Source: an uncultured Holophagales bacterium (GTDB taxonomy: Bacteria; Acidobacteriota; Thermoanaerobaculia; Multivoradales; UBA5704). Taken from it: a stretch of DNA of 64,000 nucleotides. Shown piece by piece: positions 60,283 to 64,000 of the stretch. The position numbers were made by a program, and so were the translations under genes. Where the stretch lies: NCBI GenBank assembly GCA_963842525.1, contig CAWJGT010000034.1:64001-128000 (forward strand). Direction: 5' to 3'. The first letter of the stretch is position 1. Each line of letters begins with the position of its first letter. The notes under the pieces are model-generated. The model was not told where the DNA came from, ran no database searches, and worked only from the letters and a program-made list of their open reading frames with translations.

Positions 60283-61155
60283 ATGGATGAGAGCCAAAGA
60301 GAGCAGATTGCGTTGTTTCGCCACAGCGTCATTGCCGAGCTGATCAGCCGGCCGTTGGCGCCACGCGAAAAAGAGAAGCTGTTGTGTGCGATCGCGGAAA
60401 AGACGTGGACGATCCCGGGCAGCGCGCGCAGCCACGTCGGCCGTTCGACGGTGCGAGATTGGCTCGAGCTGTACCAGATCCATGGGTTTGAGGGGCTCAA
60501 GCCGGGCCCGCGTACCGATGCCGGGCGCTCGCGGGCGATCCCGGAGGAGGTGCAGGATCTGCTGCTGGCGCTGCGGGCCGAGCGGCCCGGTGCTTCGCTC
60601 GACAGCCTGATCCGCGCCGTGCATCTGTGCGGCCGCTTTGCGCCCAATCTGCGGCTGTCGCGCAGCAGCGTGCACCGCTTCTTCGCCGCCCAGGCGGTGC
60701 CGGCCCGCCAAGGGTCCAGCGCCGAGCCGGACGCTTTGGCTTTCACCTTTCCGCATGTCAACGACCTGTGGACCTCCGACCTGATGCACGGGCCCCGCCT
60801 GCTGGTGCCGGGGCGCAAGGACGGCGGCAAGACCTACCTCTACGCCTTCCTCGATGACGCCTCGCGCATGGTGCCGTTTGCCGCCTTCTACCTGGCCGAA
60901 AACGCCGCCTGCTTCCAGGACGCTCTGAAGCAGGCTCTGCTGCGCCGCGGCCTGCCGCGACGGCTCTACTGCGACAACGGCGCCACCTTCCGCACCCACC
61001 ACCTGCAGGTCATCTGCGCCACGCTGAACATCTCCCTGGTCCACTCCCGGCCCCACAAGCCGCGCGGTCGCGGCAAGATCGAGCGCTTCTTCCGCCACGT
61101 CCGCACCGCCTTTGTCCCCCACCTGGGCTCCCCTGATAGAACTTCTTGGCGATGA
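60283..61155 (+). pseudogene. DDE-type integrase/transposase (rve), C-terminally truncated
   Basis: IALFRHSVIAEL, LWTSDLMHGP, AFLDDASR, LYCDNG, GRGKIERFF. Confidence 0.88.
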
Positions 61156-61390
61156 GCTCGAGGTAGCTGTCGTGCAGGTACACAGCGCGCACCTGGTCGG
61201 GGTGGAGATCGTCGCGCAGTCGCCTCAGGGCGGTGGTTTTGCCGCTGCCCGGCTCGCCGGTGAGCAGGCCGATGGCCCTGGAGTCGACCAGGTAGCGCAG
61301 ACGGCTGTGGAGCTCTTCGAGCCCCTGAGGCCGAAACAGAGAGTCGGCGGTGAGGGGGCCGTGGAAGGGCGGCCGGGTGAAGCCGAAGGC
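61139..61390 (-). pseudogene. ExeA/TniB-like AAA ATPase N-terminal fragment, inverted
   Basis: FGFTRPPF..LEELHSRLRYLV..IGLLTGEPGSGKTT. Confidence 0.8.
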
Positions 61391-62014
61391 GGGTGGGGAA
61401 CCCCGCAAGGAGCCGTGATCAGCCCCCTGTTGTCCAACATCTACCTGGACCCGCTGGACCATCACATGGCTCGGTTTGGCTATGAGATGGTGCGGTATGC
61501 GGACGACTTTGTGATCTTGTGCCAGAGTCAGCTCGAGGCCCAATGGGCCCTGATCATGGTCGAGGAGTGGGTGACTGCGGCAGGTTTGCAGCTCCACCCT
61601 GACAAGACGCGGATCGTCGATGCCAGCCAGCGTGGGGGCTTCGACTTCCTGGGGTATCACTTCGAGCGGGGCCTTCGTTGGCCCAGCGCGAAGAGCCGCC
61701 GTAAGTTCCAGGACAAGATTCGCAGCAAGACCGGGCGCACCAACGGGCACAGCCTCCAGCGGATCATCGCGGACCTGGTATCGATCCAGCGCGGCTGGTT
61801 TGAATACTTCAAACACAGCCACTGGTCGACCTTTGAGCAACTGGACAAGTGGATCCGGATGCGGCTTCGCAGCATCCTGCGCCACCGCCAGAAGCGCAAG
61901 GGGAGATCCCGGGGCCGCGATCACAACCGCTGGCCGAAGACCTTCTTTGCTGAGCTTGGGCTGTACTCCTTCTACGCAGCCTACGCCCAGACCCGTCAAC
62001 CCTCTCGGAGGTAA
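61391..62014 (+). pseudogene. ltrA: Group II intron reverse transcriptase/maturase, C-terminal half
   Basis: GTPQGAVISPLLSNIYL, VRYADDF, LHPDKT, FDFLGY, RGWFEYF; no endonuclease domain. Confidence 0.92.
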
Positions 62015-62165
62015 GACCACCAACCGGAGAGCCGGATGCGGGAGATCCGCACGTCCGGTTCGGAGGGAGGGGGGACCGGGTAAACAACCGGTCCTCCCTA
62101 CCCCTATCAGGGGCCCCCACCACGCCCAACAGGAAACTCTCTGGCCTGAAACGCTACGCCTGCGT

Positions 62166-62218
62166 CCCCCCTCTCCCGGTCGGGGGAGTGCGATGGGAGA
62201 GGGGGACAGGGGGTGAGG
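62166..62218. repeat. Type B REP-like element
   Basis: CCCCCTCTCCCG..GATGGGAGAGGGGGACAGGGGGTGAGG. Confidence 0.8.
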
Positions 62219-62237
62219 TTGAATTAGGCTACCCCTC

Positions 62238-64000
62238 ATGTCGCCCCGAAGCCGGCTCGTGCTTGTCCTCCTCCTCCTCGCCCTCTGCCTGTCCTGCCGG
62301 CAGGGCGGGCCGGCCAACGACCCGGCAGCCAGCCCGGGCCGGCCGGTGGTCTTCGTCGGCCTCGACGGCGCGGACTGGCAGCTCCTCGACCAGTTGATGC
62401 GGGCGGGGCGGATGCCGAATCTGGCAGGGCTCGTTCGCGAGGGCCAGGCGGGGGTGCTGACCACGATCCAGCCGCCGCTCTCCCCTCTTGTGTGGACGAC
62501 CATGATGACCGGGGTGAGCCCGCTGGAGCATGGCATCCTCGACTTCACCCGGTTCAACCCGCGGACCGGGGTGCGCGAGCCGATCCCCGGCACGGAGCGG
62601 CGGGTGCCGGCGGTCTGGAACATGGCGAGCGACGAGGCGAAAAGCGTCGCGGTTTTCGGGATGTGGGCCACCTATCCGGCCGAGCCGGTGCGCGGCTTGA
62701 TGGTGGCCGACCGGTTCCTCTCCTTCACCTCGGGCGCAGGCGGTCCACCGCCGAGCTCGGTCCATCCTCCGGACCGGGAGGGCTGGGCGCGGGAGGTCCT
62801 CAAACGCACGGAGGCGGAGGTCGGGCTTGCAGCGTTGCGGACCTATCTGCCGGACCTGTCGGAGGACGAATTCCGCGCTGCCGCAGCCCGGCCCGATCCC
62901 TATGCCCACCCCGTGAGCGCTCTGCGCAAGGTCCTCGTCGAGACCCGGGCCTATGACGAGCTGGCGCGCACGTGGATCGCAAGGGAGAGGCCGGACCTGG
63001 CGATCGTCTACTTTCAAGGGACGGATACGATCGGCCATGTGTTCGCGCCCTATGCGCCGCCGCGTCAGCCTTCGATCTCTCCGGAGGACTTCGACCGCTA
63101 TCACCGTGTTCCGGAGGTCTATTTCGCCGAGGTCGACCGCCTCCTGGGCGGCTACCGGAAGCTCGCGGAGGAACGCGGTGCGGTGCTCTTCCTCGCTTCG
63201 GATCATGGCTTCCTGTGGGGCGAGGGACGGCCGGAGCGGCTGTCGAGCGCTGCCGTGGCCACGGCCGGGCGGTGGCACCGGGACGCGGGGATCTACCTCC
63301 TGTGGGGGCCGGGCATCGCGGCCGGGAGCGAGAGGCCGCGCGGCCGGGTGGGCCAGGTCTGCGCCACGCTGCTGGGGCTGCTTGGGTTGCCGCCGGGCAA
63401 GGGGCTCGAAGGCGGGCCGCTCCCGGGCGCTCCTGCACCCCAGGGCGAGCCGATCGACTATCGGGCTCACTACAAGCCGGCCCAGGCGGCGTTGTCCTCC
63501 GGGTCCTCCGGGTCTTCCGAGGACGAGATCGCGAAGCTTCGTGCCCTGGGCTATGTCGGCGCGGGCGAGCGCACGCAAGCGCCGCAGGGATCGGGCTCCA
63601 CGCGCACCGCGGCCTCCTGGAACAATGAAGGGCTTCTCCACCGTCAGGCTGGCCGGACCCGCGAGGCCGTGACGGCCTTCGAACAGGCCCTCGCCCTCGA
63701 TCCTCAGTACGCCTCCGCCCTCTGGAACTTGAGCGATCTGCTGCGGGCCGAGAGCCGTGAGCCGGACCGTTCGGACGACCTCCTGGTCCGCGCTCTGGAG
63801 GCGGGGCTTCCCGACGGGGCCGACCAGGCCGGCGCCCGGGCCGTCGAGGAGGCGCGGGCTGGCCGGTCTGACCGGGCGATCCGGCTGCTCGACCGCGCGC
63901 TCGCGGTTCAACCTACCGAGCCGAAGCTGCTCCTCACCCGGGGCCGGTTGCGCCTGGAAGGACAGGACTGCCATGCCGCGTTGGCCGACTTCGAAAAGGC
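62238..64000 (+). CDS. Alkaline phosphatase/phosphodiesterase superfamily lipoprotein with TPRs (partial, runs off the window)
   Basis: Lipobox-like LCLSC, VFVGLDGADW, SPLVWTTMMTG..HGI, DTIGH, SDHGF, KLRALGYV, TPRs. Confidence 0.88.
   Translation, partial: MSPRSRLVLVLLLLALCLSCRQGGPANDPAASPGRPVVFVGLDGADWQLLDQLMRAGRMPNLAGLVREGQAGVLTTIQPPLSPLVWTTMMTGVSPLEHGILDFTRFNPRTGVREPIPGTERRVPAVWNMASDEAKSVAVFGMWATYPAEPVRGLMVADRFLSFTSGAGGPPPSSVHPPDREGWAREVLKRTEAEVGLAALRTYLPDLSEDEFRAAAARPDPYAHPVSALRKVLVETRAYDELARTWIARERPDLAIVYFQGTDTIGHVFAPYAPPRQPSISPEDFDRYHRVPEVYFAEVDRLLGGYRKLAEERGAVLFLASDHGFLWGEGRPERLSSAAVATAGRWHRDAGIYLLWGPGIAAGSERPRGRVGQVCATLLGLLGLPPGKGLEGGPLPGAPAPQGEPIDYRAHYKPAQAALSSGSSGSSEDEIAKLRALGYVGAGERTQAPQGSGSTRTAASWNNEGLLHRQAGRTREAVTAFEQALALDPQYASALWNLSDLLRAESREPDRSDDLLVRALEAGLPDGADQAGARAVEEARAGRSDRAIRLLDRALAVQPTEPKLLLTRGRLRLEGQDCHAALADFEK

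Larger units (their letters stand above)
59430..61390. mobile_element. Rearranged DDE-integrase/ExeA-ATPase type transposon inside the intron
   Basis: Intron structure breaks at TGTAGACGCCC; Zn-finger ORF, integrase and an inverted ATPase fragment follow. Confidence 0.7.
59200..62107 (+). mobile_element. Group II intron (disrupted)
   Basis: 5' GTGCG; domain V GAGCCGGATGCGGGAGATCCGCACGTCCGGTTC; domain VI ending CCTACCCCTAT; RT remnant. Confidence 0.92.

Noticed and set aside
61391-62014. DGR, retron or defence reverse transcriptase
   Set aside because: YADD RT with maturase domain followed by intron domains V/VI and a matching GTGCG 5' end; no TR/VR pair seen

Overview
GC-rich bacterial chromosome segment, most consistent with Acidobacteriota (Thermoanaerobaculia-like; inferred from a VWFA-related acidobacterial-type protein, CHAT/TPR proteins and the REP-like repeats). 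The housekeeping backbone comprises lptB/lptC-A, recJ, accA, priA, carD, tRNA-Leu(CAA), a TolC-Yip1-MFP-ABC exporter, pepA, purC, ctaA, hemG, qor and an acyl-CoA dehydrogenase. Accessory blocks interrupt it: (i) AAA ATPase plus partner and TIR/TPR remnants (7.6-10.4 kb); (ii) a secreted three-gene island of a large Cna-B-like repeat protein, a small 12-Cys poly-Gly protein and a beta-propeller (26.6-32.2 kb); (iii) a cyclase-TPR / DP-EP-like / GT4-methyltransferase-GT2 operon (39.6-44.8 kb); (iv) a 4-kb IS1-like cargo element with a RelE/HigB-HTH-third-gene module, inserted in a 21-nt repeat array; (v) a VOC protein with a RebB (R-body)-like N-terminus; (vi) a TIR-CHAT-STAND-TPR protein; (vii) a group II intron inserted precisely into a REP palindrome and itself disrupted by a DDE/ExeA-type transposon. 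Many single-base frameshifts, including in core genes, point to consensus errors, and several deletion/inversion junctions may be real decay or chimeras. All family assignments are from motif recognition; no database searches were run.
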